This document shows, piece by piece, positions 18,091 through 27,957 of a stretch of 64,000 nucleotides of DNA (its first letter is position 1; each line of letters starts with the position of its first letter). Under the pieces are notes generated by a model that searched no databases, was not told where the DNA came from, and saw only the letters and a program-made list of their open reading frames with translations. Both the position numbers and the translations under genes were made by a program. This DNA is from Alphaproteobacteria bacterium (GTDB taxonomy: Bacteria; Pseudomonadota; Alphaproteobacteria; SMXP01). The stretch is from NCBI GenBank assembly GCA_965214255.1, contig OZ243948.1:1433885-1497884 (forward strand). Direction: 5' to 3'.

Positions 18091-19518
18091 TTGCCTCGAA
18101 TGCGAGCACGCAATTGCAAGATCGTCGCCACGCTCGGACCCGCGAGTGATCCGCCGGAGCGTCTCCAGGCTCTCTTTGAAGCGGGCGCCGACGCGTTCCG
18201 CATCAATTTCGGTTACGGCGGCCAGGACGATCACAAACGCCGCATCGACACCATTCGCGATGTCGAGCGCGAGGTGGGCCATCCCATACCCGTTATCGCC
18301 GACCTGCAAGGCCCCAAGATACGGGTGGGTACGTTCCAAGGCGGCGGTATCACACTCAAACGCGGCCAATCCGTCGCGCTGCAGGCGGCGGACGAAACGA
18401 CGTCGGAGGCATGCATCCCCCTTCCGCACCCGGAGCTTTTGGAAGCGATACGGCCGGGCGACGCCGTCAAACTCGACGATGGACGCCTCGAACTTTCGGT
18501 CACGGAAACCGGCGGCGGCAGTGTGACCGCAAAAGTGATCGTGGGCGGCACCCTGACGGACAACAAAGGAGTCAACGTCCCCTCGCGCATTTTGCCGATA
18601 TCGGCCTTGACACAAAAGGACCGCGATCATCTCGAGTTCGCGCTGGACACGCATGTCGATTTCGTGGCGCTCAGCTTCGTGCAAGATCCCGAAGACGTCA
18701 TCGAGGCGCAAAAGCTGATACAAGGGAACGCCAACATTCTCGTAAAAATCGAAAAACCGTCCGCAATCGACTCGCTCGACAAGATCATCTCGCTCGCGGA
18801 TGCGGTCATTATCGCGCGCGGCGATTTGGGCGTGGAGTTGCCGCCGGAGCGGGTTCCCACCGTCCAGCGCCAGGTCATCAGAAAGTGCCGCTCAGCCGGC
18901 AAGCCGGTTGTCGTGGCCACCCACATGCTCGAATCCATGATCGAGGCCCCGACGCCCACGCGCGCGGAAGCCTCCGACGTGGCGACCGCGGTTTATCAAG
19001 GCACGGATGCGGTGATGTTGAGCGCCGAATCGGCGGTCGGGCGTCATCCCGCAACGGCGGTCGCCATCATGGACCGGATCATCCAGGCGGTCGAAGCCGA
19101 CCCCGATCACTGGTCGTTTCTGGCCCGCCACGATCATCTGCCCAAGCCGACCTCCGAAGACGCGATCAGCTTGTCGTCACGCCAAGTGGTCAACCTGTTG
19201 AAGTGCAAAGCCATCCTGGCCTTTACAAATACCGGGTCGACGGCTTTGCGCATGTCGCGCGAGCGGCCTCAAACAAAAGTCTTCGGTCTCACTCCCAATC
19301 GAAAAATCGCGCGGCAACTGGCGCTGGCCTGGGGTATTCACAGCGTCATTACGGAAGACATTACGAACTTCGGCGAAATGGTGACGCGGGCCGAGGACGT
19401 GGCAACCGAGCACGGCGACGTGCAGGCCGGCCAGCTTATTGTCGTCACCGCCGGTATTCCGTTCGGGCGACCGGGAACCACCAACACGATGAAAATCATC
19501 CGTGTCGGCGACGAATAA
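18091..19518 (+). CDS. pyk: Pyruvate kinase
   Basis: CKIVATLGPAS N-terminus. The start is TTG 18091, 10 nt after aaggaga, or alternatively ATG 18100. Confidence 0.9.
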   Translation: MPRMRARNCKIVATLGPASDPPERLQALFEAGADAFRINFGYGGQDDHKRRIDTIRDVEREVGHPIPVIADLQGPKIRVGTFQGGGITLKRGQSVALQAADETTSEACIPLPHPELLEAIRPGDAVKLDDGRLELSVTETGGGSVTAKVIVGGTLTDNKGVNVPSRILPISALTQKDRDHLEFALDTHVDFVALSFVQDPEDVIEAQKLIQGNANILVKIEKPSAIDSLDKIISLADAVIIARGDLGVELPPERVPTVQRQVIRKCRSAGKPVVVATHMLESMIEAPTPTRAEASDVATAVYQGTDAVMLSAESAVGRHPATAVAIMDRIIQAVEADPDHWSFLARHDHLPKPTSEDAISLSSRQVVNLLKCKAILAFTNTGSTALRMSRERPQTKVFGLTPNRKIARQLALAWGIHSVITEDITNFGEMVTRAEDVATEHGDVQAGQLIVVTAGIPFGRPGTTNTMKIIRVGDE

Positions 19519-19560
19519 CCCGAGATAAGGCCGCCGTTTCCCGCGGGCCGTCAGACCGGA

Positions 19561-20439
19561 CTATTGCGGGCGTTCGGTGTCGGCAATGGCGACACGATGC
19601 ATCAGCCGATGGGCCGGATAGAAATCGTTGATGCCTTTGTGCACCGTGCAGCGATTGTCCCAAAATGCGATCGAGTGCTTTCGCCATTTGAAGCGCACGT
19701 GGAATTCGGGCTGCTTGATGTGGTCATAAATGTAATCGAGCACGGCCTTGCTTTCCGCCCCGGTGACATCCTTGATGTGAGAGGTCATGAGGGGATTGAC
19801 GAAAAGCGACTTCTTTCCGGTTTCCGGATGGGTGCGCACGAGAGGATGCTCGACCGGCGGCGTGCGCTTGTAAAAACTGGTATAGGCTTCCGGGCCGCGC
19901 TCGCTCAAGACGCCCGGACCCATGATGGCGACAAGATCGTGCACCGCCGTGAGGCCCGAGAGAAACCCTTTCATCGGCTCGGACAGCGCGTCATAAGCCG
20001 CCTGCATATTGCCCCAAACCGTGTCGCCGCCCTTTTCCGGGACGTCGAGCGCATACAACACGGAACACCTTGACGGAATCTCGACAAACGTATCGTCCGC
20101 ATGCCAGGTCACGTCGCTGCCGATCTGCGAATATTCGTCATATTCCTGAACTTTGACGTGGGGGTCGTTTTCGAGCGTCGGCACGAACCCCGCCTTTTGA
20201 AACTCTCCGAAGTGACGGGCGAACGCCTTGTGCTGATCGGGCGTGATGTCCTGGTCCCGAAAGAAAAGTACGAGATGCTCAAGCCAGGCCGACCGAATCT
20301 CTTTGACCGTTGCTTCATCGAGGGGCGCGGTCATGTCAACGCCGCTCACCTCGGCTCCCAATGTCCCGCCGACCGGCTGAACTTCAATATGTCGGTAGGA
20401 AGTCACAAGGATGGCCCCTCGACTCGGAATCCTCCGCAA
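19561..20439 (-). CDS. TauD/TfdA-family alpha-ketoglutarate-dependent dioxygenase
   Basis: HxD...H facial-triad context (WHADDTF … TVH). Confidence 0.75.
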   Translation of the reverse strand: MRRIPSRGAILVTSYRHIEVQPVGGTLGAEVSGVDMTAPLDEATVKEIRSAWLEHLVLFFRDQDITPDQHKAFARHFGEFQKAGFVPTLENDPHVKVQEYDEYSQIGSDVTWHADDTFVEIPSRCSVLYALDVPEKGGDTVWGNMQAAYDALSEPMKGFLSGLTAVHDLVAIMGPGVLSERGPEAYTSFYKRTPPVEHPLVRTHPETGKKSLFVNPLMTSHIKDVTGAESKAVLDYIYDHIKQPEFHVRFKWRKHSIAFWDNRCTVHKGINDFYPAHRLMHRVAIADTERPQ

Positions 20440-20466
20440 TCGTGATTGTCACACGTGTACAAGCCG

Positions 20467-21255
20467 TCACTCGTCTGCGGCGAGAGACGCAAACGCGGCG
20501 CCCTGCCAATTGTTCGCAGGGGCGTCGCCGTCCTGATAGAGTTCGAACGTCTTCTTGTTGGCATCGGCATCGCTGAGCGCGGCAACGAGCACGGCCGCGA
20601 CGTCCTTGCGAGGAATGGCGCCTCTGCTGTCGTCACCCTGATCGAACCTGAGACCGACCGTGCCGGCATCGTGTTGATAGCCTTCGAGCCCGCCGGGGCG
20701 AACGACGGTGTAGTTCAATCCGCTGGCGCGCAAATGATTTTCGCCTTTCAGCTTCCAGATCAAGACGTTGCTGAACATTTTGTTCAAGGGATTGTCGGGG
20801 CTGTCGTCGGTGGCGCCTTGGGACGATACGAGAACGAAGTGTTTCACGTTCGCCGCGACCGCCGCATCGATCAGGTTTTTGACACCGCCATAATCCACGA
20901 ATTCCGGCGAGTTCGGTCCCCGGGGTTCCTGTGACCCGATGGTGCAGATGACGTAGTCGGCGCCCTCGACGGCGGCGGTGAGAGTCGCCGGATCGGTGGC
21001 ATCGGCCCGGACCCAGTCATAGCCCGCGCCGACGCTTTGGGCCGCCCGTTCCGGGTTGCGCGTCATGCCGCGCGGGGTATAGCCGTCTTCGCTGAGGATC
21101 TCCATAACGTGGCGGCCGGTTTTTCCCGAGGCGCCCGCGACCAAAACCGTTCCCTTGTCTCTCTCGACGGACGCATCACCCATTCCAACGGCACCCTCCG
21201 TCAAAAGCAGGGAGGCCGCATAAGACAAAGCCAGCAGCTTGAAAGCTCTTTTCAT
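20467..21255 (-). CDS. NAD(P)-binding NmrA-like/atypical SDR protein with N-terminal signal peptide
   Basis: Internal ATG 21255 preceded by agggga. Signal MKRAFKLLALSYAASLLL, then the Rossmann motif VLVAGASGKTG. Paralog of the gene at 49790..50557. Confidence 0.7.
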   Translation of the reverse strand: MKRAFKLLALSYAASLLLTEGAVGMGDASVERDKGTVLVAGASGKTGRHVMEILSEDGYTPRGMTRNPERAAQSVGAGYDWVRADATDPATLTAAVEGADYVICTIGSQEPRGPNSPEFVDYGGVKNLIDAAVAANVKHFVLVSSQGATDDSPDNPLNKMFSNVLIWKLKGENHLRASGLNYTVVRPGGLEGYQHDAGTVGLRFDQGDDSRGAIPRKDVAAVLVAALSDADANKKTFELYQDGDAPANNWQGAAFASLAADE

Positions 21256-21445
21256 GTGAAGTCCCCTGGTCGTTTTTCGTTTCAACTGCTTCATGTCATA
21301 AATGAGCTTGGAGCGATCTGCAACCGGCCCGCTATCGTGATCGGCGGCGGAGTCACGATCGAGGCGGGAGCGCCCGAATGCGGAGGCGGAGACAGACTTG
21401 CGATCCGAGTCTAGTATGGGCTGAAATCCCGCAAAGGAGAGTCCC

Positions 21446-22507
21446 ATGATCATACCCTGGCAAGCGACTTGCATGCAGACCATCACATATATCGTCAACA
21501 AGACGTCGACGCGCGATGACGCGATGGCGATCGTCAACAAAAGCCTCGACCGGTGGATCGAACTCATCGGCGCGGCGGCGCGCGGCGATTCCAAGGGCGT
21601 CCTTCTGTTTCCCGAATTTGCGCTCACCGGCTTCCCTCTTTGGGAATCGGCCGACGAGTGGATCGAAAAGGCCTGCATCGAAATCCCGGGGCCCATAACG
21701 GAGCGCTTGCAGGAGCAGGCGCAGAAGTTCCGTATCCATATCGGCGCCAACTCCTACGAGCGGGATCCCGAATGGCCGGGCCGGTATTTCAATTGCTCTT
21801 ATCTTATCGACACGTCCGGCGACGTCATTTTGAAATACAGACGCATCAACACGGTTCATACGAACTCGCCTCACGATTTCATGGACAAATATCTGGACAG
21901 ATACGGCATCGAGGGCACCTTCCCCGTCGCCGACACGGACCTCGGCAAGATCGCCATGATGCCTTGCGGCGAGATCATGTACCCGGAGGCCGCCCGCATG
22001 TTCATGTTCCGCGGCGCCGAAGTGCTGCTGCACCCGACGAGCGACCACGGCGCAAGCGACCGCAATGCGTGGGAGTCGGCCAAGAAGGTGCGCGCGTCCG
22101 AAAACATGATGTACCTGGTATCGACCAATACGGGCGGCACCATGGACGCGCCCTACGGCGAGGGCACGACGGCCGGCCATTCCAAAATCATCGACTACAA
22201 CGGACAGGTGACGGCGACGACGGGCGCGCCCGGCGAGTCGACGGTGGCCGCGGCGGTCATCGATGTGGAGGGCTTGCGGCGCGCGCGTCAAAGCCCCGGG
22301 GCGCTCAACCGCCTGCTGCGGCAACGGGTCGACATCTACCGGCCGCTTTACAATTCGACGACCTTCTATCCGCCCAATCAATTCGCCGACGCGCCCATGG
22401 ACTCCAAAGAACGCATCATGGAAATCCAGCGCCAGGCGCTCGACAATATGGCGAGACGCGGAATCATCTCGCTGCCCGAGGACGCCAAACCCGAAGCGGC
22501 GGAGTGA
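21446..22507 (+). CDS. Carbon-nitrogen hydrolase (nitrilase/amidase superfamily)
   Basis: E-K-C triad context (LLFPEF…, …KYRRIN…, IAMMPCGEIMYPE). Confidence 0.8.
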   Translation: MIIPWQATCMQTITYIVNKTSTRDDAMAIVNKSLDRWIELIGAAARGDSKGVLLFPEFALTGFPLWESADEWIEKACIEIPGPITERLQEQAQKFRIHIGANSYERDPEWPGRYFNCSYLIDTSGDVILKYRRINTVHTNSPHDFMDKYLDRYGIEGTFPVADTDLGKIAMMPCGEIMYPEAARMFMFRGAEVLLHPTSDHGASDRNAWESAKKVRASENMMYLVSTNTGGTMDAPYGEGTTAGHSKIIDYNGQVTATTGAPGESTVAAAVIDVEGLRRARQSPGALNRLLRQRVDIYRPLYNSTTFYPPNQFADAPMDSKERIMEIQRQALDNMARRGIISLPEDAKPEAAE

Positions 22508-22633
22508 TGACCGGCTTCGGCCCGTTTTTCGAGGCCGCCGGTTGATCGAGCGTGCGGATCGGGCCTGAAGTCCGGTTGAATTTCATCGCGCATTGACGGT
22601 TGTTCAAGAGGAACGGTCACGGGAGAGGCGAAC

Positions 22634-23740
22634 ATGATCGTCGGAGTTCCGAAAGAGATCAAGGCGCACGAATATCGTGTCGGGCTGACGCCCGAGAGCG
22701 TGCGCGCGCTTGCGGACCGCGGTCACGACGTTGTGGTCGAAACAGGGGCCGGGGCCGGCATCGGCGCGGGCGACGCGGACTACGAAACCGCAGGCGCGAC
22801 AATCGCGGAAGACGCCGAACATGTTTTTGCCGCCGCCGGTCTCGTCGTCAAAGTCAAGGAACCGCAGCCTGCCGAATACGCGCTCTTGCAGCCTCGTCAA
22901 ACGCTCTTCACCTATTTGCATTTGGCCGCGGATCCCGTTCAAGCCGAAGCGCTCATGGCCTCGGGACTCACCGCCATCGCTTATGAAACGGTCACCGATG
23001 CGGACGGACGCTTGCCGTTGCTCACCCCCATGAGCGAAGTGGCGGGACGCCTGTCGGTTCAAGCCGGCGCGCATTTCCTGGAGAAAGCGCAAGGAGGCGC
23101 CGGGGTCTTGATCGGCGGCGTGCCGGGCGTGGCCCCCGCCGATGTCGTCATCATCGGCGGCGGAACGGCGGGAACGGAAGCGGCCAGAATGGCGTTGGGC
23201 CTGGGCGGCGAAGTCACCGTTCTCGACATTTCCCGCGCGCGGCTGGCTGAACTCGACGACCTCTTTTCAGGACGTGTGCAGACCGTCTTTTCGACCGCGG
23301 ATGCGCTCGAACGCCGGGTGACCGAAGCGGACCTCGTCATCGGCGCGGTTCTGGTTCCGGGCGCCGCGGCGCCCAAGCTGGTCAGCGGAAACATGATCAA
23401 AGCCATGCGCGAAGGGTCCGTGGTCGTCGACATCGCCATCGATCAAGGCGGATGCTTCAAGACGAGCAGGCCCACGACCCACGACAACCCGACATTCGTC
23501 GTCGACGGCGTCATTCATTATTGCGTGACGAACATGCCGGGCGCGGTCGCCAAAACCTCGACCTACGCCCTCAACAACGCCACGCTGCCGTTCGTCCTCA
23601 AGCTCGCCGATCTGGGCACGGAGCAAGCCCTCGCCCATGATCCTCACTTGGCGCACGGCCTCAACGTGCGCAACGGAGAGCTCGCGCATGAGGCCGTGGC
23701 GACGGCGCTCGGCAAAAAACTGGGGGTCGCGCCCAACTAG
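22634..23740 (+). CDS. ald: Alanine dehydrogenase
   Basis: MIVGVPKEIKAHEYRVGLTP N-terminus and NAD-binding VVIIGGGTAGTEAA. Confidence 0.9.
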   Translation: MIVGVPKEIKAHEYRVGLTPESVRALADRGHDVVVETGAGAGIGAGDADYETAGATIAEDAEHVFAAAGLVVKVKEPQPAEYALLQPRQTLFTYLHLAADPVQAEALMASGLTAIAYETVTDADGRLPLLTPMSEVAGRLSVQAGAHFLEKAQGGAGVLIGGVPGVAPADVVIIGGGTAGTEAARMALGLGGEVTVLDISRARLAELDDLFSGRVQTVFSTADALERRVTEADLVIGAVLVPGAAAPKLVSGNMIKAMREGSVVVDIAIDQGGCFKTSRPTTHDNPTFVVDGVIHYCVTNMPGAVAKTSTYALNNATLPFVLKLADLGTEQALAHDPHLAHGLNVRNGELAHEAVATALGKKLGVAPN

Positions 23741-23852
23741 CCATTTCCGTTGACTCCGCCCCGCTTCGCGGCTAGTACGGCGCCGTAAATCGGATGTGAA
23801 ACATATGGATAGCGGCCCGGAACGGACCGCACTGACAACAAGGTGATCTTCC

Positions 23853-24083
23853 ATGCGAAAAAGTAAGCGCGGCGGAAAGACCGTCTACCTTGATGACGTG
23901 AGCATCTGGTGGAACGAAGACACGGGCCAAATCCATATTAGCTTCGAAGGCAAAATCTCCACGGTAAGCCCCGATCCAAGCAGCGAGCGCGGGAACCAAC
24001 ACCTATTCCGGAAGTTGGCGGAGTGCCTTCGCGATGCCGGTGCGCCGCACCCGACGCCAGATAACGGTTGGTCAGGCGTATAA
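23853..24083 (+). CDS. Small hypothetical protein (76 aa)
   Basis: ATG preceded by aaggtga, located in an otherwise non-coding gap. No homology recognised. Confidence 0.3.
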   Translation: MRKSKRGGKTVYLDDVSIWWNEDTGQIHISFEGKISTVSPDPSSERGNQHLFRKLAECLRDAGAPHPTPDNGWSGV

Positions 24084-24099
24084 TTCGCTCTCGTTTCCG

Positions 24100-24888
24100 T
24101 TATTCGAGAAGTGTGCTTGAGGCCAATCCTGCGGCTGCAAACGCGCGGACAGCATCGCCAAACGACACCAGAATCGCTCGATAGTCCGGGTTGCGCTCCG
24201 GCTTCCATTCCGGGTGCCACTGTACGCCCAAAACGTAAGATTTCGCCGAAGACAGGGAAACGGCCTCTATGGTGCCGTCTTCCGCCATGGCTTCGACGTT
24301 CAGGCCGTCGGCCAACCGGTCGATTCCCTGTCCATGCAGAGAGTTCACGCGAAGGGTGGATTTACCCTCGAGAATGTCTTGCAAGACACCGCCGGGCGTC
24401 ACGTCGACCGTATGGGCGGGAGCGTATTGCACGTCGAGGGGGTCCGTGCGCTTTTCGCGGTGGTCGAATCGTCCGTCCTCTTCCTGCACATGTTGATGCA
24501 ATGTGCCGCCGAGGGCGACATTGAGTTCCTGAATGCCTCGGCAAATGCAAAGTATCGGAACGCCCTTATCAATCGCCGCCTTGATCAGCGGCAGCGTGAT
24601 CATGTCCCGTTGCCGGTCGAACACCATGTCGAGCCGCCAGGCATTCACGCCGTAATGCTTCGGATAAACATTCGTTGCGGCGCCGGTGAACAAGACGCCG
24701 TCGGCCCACGACAGGATATCGTCCGTGTCCAGAGGATTACGCGCGGCGGGCACGAGCACCGGCACGACGCCCGCGTGATCGCGAACGGCCTCGACATATG
24801 TCTCTCCCGCCGCATGATAGACGTGTTTGCCAACCTGTTTGGTATCGCACGGCACTGCGACCAGGGGTGTCCTCGTCTTGCGGCTCAT
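24100..24888 (-). CDS. Gamma-glutamyl-GABA hydrolase-like class I glutamine amidotransferase (peptidase C26, PuuD-like)
   Basis: GATase1 catalytic Cys context (ILCICRGIQELN) and a His near the C-terminus (WHPEW). Confidence 0.8.
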   Translation of the reverse strand: MSRKTRTPLVAVPCDTKQVGKHVYHAAGETYVEAVRDHAGVVPVLVPAARNPLDTDDILSWADGVLFTGAATNVYPKHYGVNAWRLDMVFDRQRDMITLPLIKAAIDKGVPILCICRGIQELNVALGGTLHQHVQEEDGRFDHREKRTDPLDVQYAPAHTVDVTPGGVLQDILEGKSTLRVNSLHGQGIDRLADGLNVEAMAEDGTIEAVSLSSAKSYVLGVQWHPEWKPERNPDYRAILVSFGDAVRAFAAAGLASSTLLE

Positions 24889-24929
24889 CGCCGGGCCCTC
24901 TCGACTGCAATTCGAAACGCGAACATATC

Positions 24930-26243
24930 TCAGTCGACGGATTTTAAAGCATCCGCGACGGATTCGAAAATGGCATCGATCTGATCGCGCTCAACGACCA
25001 AGGCCGGCGCGACGCAAACCGTGTCGCCGACCGTCCGCACCAAAGCGCCGTTGTCGAAACAATGTTGAAAAACGTCGGAGGCGCGCCGCGTCGGCGCGCC
25101 GGGCCGCGGTTCGAGTTCGATGGCGGCCGCCAATCCCAAATTGCGGACGTCGATAACATGGGGCGCGCCTTTGAGGGAATGGGCGGCCTCTTCGAAATAG
25201 GCGCTCATGTCGCGGGCGCGGTCGAACAAGCCTTCTTCACGATAGACTTCGAGCGTGGCGATGCCGGCCGCCGCCGCCAGGGGATGGCCGGAATAGGTGT
25301 AACCGTGAAACAATTCGATGCCCGGTTCGGGGCCGCTCATGAAAGCGTCGTAAATCTCTTTGCTGACGAAACAACCGCCGCACGGCACCGCCGCGTTGGT
25401 CATGCCTTTGGCGCAAGCGATCATGTCGGGCTGAACGCCGAACCGCTCGGCCGCAAACGAGGCGCCGAGGCGGCCGAAGCCGGTGATCACTTCGTCAAAA
25501 ACAAGCAGGATACCGTGGCGGGTGCAAATCTCGCGCAGCCTTTGGAGGTACCCCTTGGGCGGAACCAAAACGCCGGTGGAGCCCGCGACGGGTTCCACGA
25601 TCACCGCGGCAATGGTCGAGGCATCGTGGAGCGCCACGAGCCGTTCCAAATCGTCGGCGAGGTGCGCGCCCCATTCGGGCTGCCCTCTGGAGAAGGCGTT
25701 TTTTTCCGGATCGTGCGTATGAGCAAGATGATCGACCCCGGACAGGAGCGCGCCGTAATACATGCGGTTCTTGACCATGCCGCCGACGGAAATGCCGCCG
25801 AAGCCGACACCGTGATAGCCGCGCTCGCGGCCAATGAGACGGGTCCGTGCGCCGTCGCCGCGTATGCGGTGATAGGCGAGCGCAAGTTTGAGCGCCGTGT
25901 CTACGGCTTCCGAGCCCGAGGTGGTGAGAAAAATATGGTCGAGACCGGCGGGCGCCATCGCGACGAGTTGGGCGGCAAACTCGAAGGACCGGGGATGACC
26001 GAAGTTGAACGGGCTCGCATAGTCGAGCCGGTCCGCTTGCCGTTTGATCGCTTCGACGATCTTGGGATGGCAATGGCCCGCGTTGGTACACCACAAACCC
26101 GCGATGCCGTCGAGAATTCGGCGCCCGTCGGCGGACGTGTAATACATGCCTTCCGACGCGACCACCATGTTGGGGCGGGCCTTGTACTCCCGGTTGGCCG
26201 TAAACGGCATCCAGAGTTCTTCCAAGCTGTTGGGTAGACTCAT
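24930..26243 (-). CDS. Class III (omega) aminotransferase, PLP-dependent
   Basis: DEVITGFGRLG, with the PLP-lysine region typical of AT-III. Confidence 0.85.
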   Translation of the reverse strand: MSLPNSLEELWMPFTANREYKARPNMVVASEGMYYTSADGRRILDGIAGLWCTNAGHCHPKIVEAIKRQADRLDYASPFNFGHPRSFEFAAQLVAMAPAGLDHIFLTTSGSEAVDTALKLALAYHRIRGDGARTRLIGRERGYHGVGFGGISVGGMVKNRMYYGALLSGVDHLAHTHDPEKNAFSRGQPEWGAHLADDLERLVALHDASTIAAVIVEPVAGSTGVLVPPKGYLQRLREICTRHGILLVFDEVITGFGRLGASFAAERFGVQPDMIACAKGMTNAAVPCGGCFVSKEIYDAFMSGPEPGIELFHGYTYSGHPLAAAAGIATLEVYREEGLFDRARDMSAYFEEAAHSLKGAPHVIDVRNLGLAAAIELEPRPGAPTRRASDVFQHCFDNGALVRTVGDTVCVAPALVVERDQIDAIFESVADALKSVD

Positions 26244-26418
26244 CGTCGCTTCCCGTCCGACCGTTCAATCGGATCTCTCATCCCCCGGGCCGTTATATTG
26301 CACGTGACCTGAAAAGGCCGTTCGGAAACGCGCGGCACCGTGCCGGTCCCGAGCGCGACGATACCGGTCTCGGCGCGCAACCCGGCGGGCGGCGCGTCGA
26401 ACGAAGCCGCCGTCTCGT

Positions 26419-27858
26419 TCATGCCGCGTCCGGGCCGCTCCAGACCCAGCCATATTGAGTGTTGCTCGGGTCCGCGCCTTCGTGAATGTACTCCGCTTTG
26501 AGTTTGCTCAATCCGTCATCGGGAAAAGCGTTGCGCACCGCGTCGACGTCAACATCGAAAATCGCGGCGGCATTGAGACCCAAAATCCTTTCCTTGTCTT
26601 TGTCGGTAATCGGCGCATAACCGAACTCGGCTTGCATGTCTTCGGTAATTTGAAAGCGTCTGAACGCTTCGATCTGCCATTGGGGCGAGCCCCACCATAT
26701 CGAGTCGGTGCCCCAAATCACATGATCGACGCCGTAGGCTTTGATGACCTGACCCAAAAGATGGGCGCAAATCTTGGGATGCGTGATGACCGTGTGACCG
26801 AACGTCGTGCCCAATTCCATATAGACATTGGTCATGGAAGGATTGGCCTCCCGGTCGCGCACGAGATCCGTCGTCCATTCGAGATAGCCGTTCTCGCCGA
26901 TATAGTCGTCCGGGTCCTCCGGCAGTTCGTAGTTGGCCGCCTTGAATCCCGAGTGATAGACGATGAAATTGAGGTCCGGGTTGTCGAGCGCGGCCTTTTT
27001 GATGTCGCGCGGATGGGTGTAATCGACATTGGAGCCCGGCAGCGGCAGACCTTTGTGAACGCAATGATTCTTGATCCCGAGTTGGCGTGATTTGTCGTAA
27101 AGCGGATAGACCTTTTCTTCGTCATCCATGGTCCAAGGGTATTCGCCCTTGATTTGCATCACGCCGGTATAGCTTTTCCACGCGTCGATCTTGAGCTCCT
27201 TGACTTGGCGCTCCATCTCTTCCTCGACGTTGGCGATGTACGGCGCGAAGAAGCCGTGACTCATCATGCGTTGCGAGCCGGCGAGCGCATTGAGCGCATC
27301 GCGCGCGGCGACCATTTCATCGGCGCTCAAGACCCCCATGACTTCCGACGGCACGCCGCTGATGAGGGCGACGGACGTATCGCTGTCGAAAAAGACCTCC
27401 TTCGTATAGTTCTGAAATTGAAGGTCGCCCTTTTGCGGCTCGACCCCTTCCAAGTCCTTATTGAAGGCCGCCGAAAGCCTGCGGAAGAACAAAGGCTCCT
27501 GCGCATTGACGCCGACATGATGTGTTTGCACGTCGAACACGAACTGGTTTTTGGGCCAGAGTTCCCTGTAGGCGTCGAAATCGACCGCCTCGGCGGCATT
27601 CACTTTGAAATAACCGCCGAAAACGTCGTTCATCGCCATGAACGCGGCCGCCATGCCGCCGCTCGTGGCGAGGAATTGGCGGCGCGAAAGCCCCAGTTTT
27701 TTCGAATAGAGGTCAGCCAGTGTCGTAATGCGGTGCTCGACCCGCTTTTGGCGATTCGTTTGCGGCATCGGAAAATATTCTTCGTTGGATATCACTTGTG
27801 TGGGCAAAGGCGTCGCCCGCCCGGCGCGCCTGTCTTCCAAGTATTTCGGTATCCACAT
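26419..27858 (-). CDS. Amidohydrolase-2 family metal-dependent hydrolase with Tat signal
   Basis: Twin-arginine motif LSRRQFLATSGGMAAAFMA and amidohydrolase TIM-barrel His residues (…HCVHKG…, IVYHSGF…). ATG 27858 has a strong gaggaggg RBS, which leaves an unusually long ~55-aa region before the RR motif. Confidence 0.75.
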   Translation of the reverse strand: MWIPKYLEDRRAGRATPLPTQVISNEEYFPMPQTNRQKRVEHRITTLADLYSKKLGLSRRQFLATSGGMAAAFMAMNDVFGGYFKVNAAEAVDFDAYRELWPKNQFVFDVQTHHVGVNAQEPLFFRRLSAAFNKDLEGVEPQKGDLQFQNYTKEVFFDSDTSVALISGVPSEVMGVLSADEMVAARDALNALAGSQRMMSHGFFAPYIANVEEEMERQVKELKIDAWKSYTGVMQIKGEYPWTMDDEEKVYPLYDKSRQLGIKNHCVHKGLPLPGSNVDYTHPRDIKKAALDNPDLNFIVYHSGFKAANYELPEDPDDYIGENGYLEWTTDLVRDREANPSMTNVYMELGTTFGHTVITHPKICAHLLGQVIKAYGVDHVIWGTDSIWWGSPQWQIEAFRRFQITEDMQAEFGYAPITDKDKERILGLNAAAIFDVDVDAVRNAFPDDGLSKLKAEYIHEGADPSNTQYGWVWSGPDAA

Positions 27859-27957
27859 GGGTTCCCTCCTCGACCGTCTCTCCGGGCCGCCGACTCACGG
27901 AAAAGCATAACGCGCCGCACGCCGGTTACAAATCTCCGACGGCCGCCCATCGACGCG

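Noticed and set aside
18411-19631. 406-aa plus-strand ORF in an alternative frame of pyk
   Set aside because: It is an Arg/Gly-rich off-frame translation of the pyruvate kinase gene.
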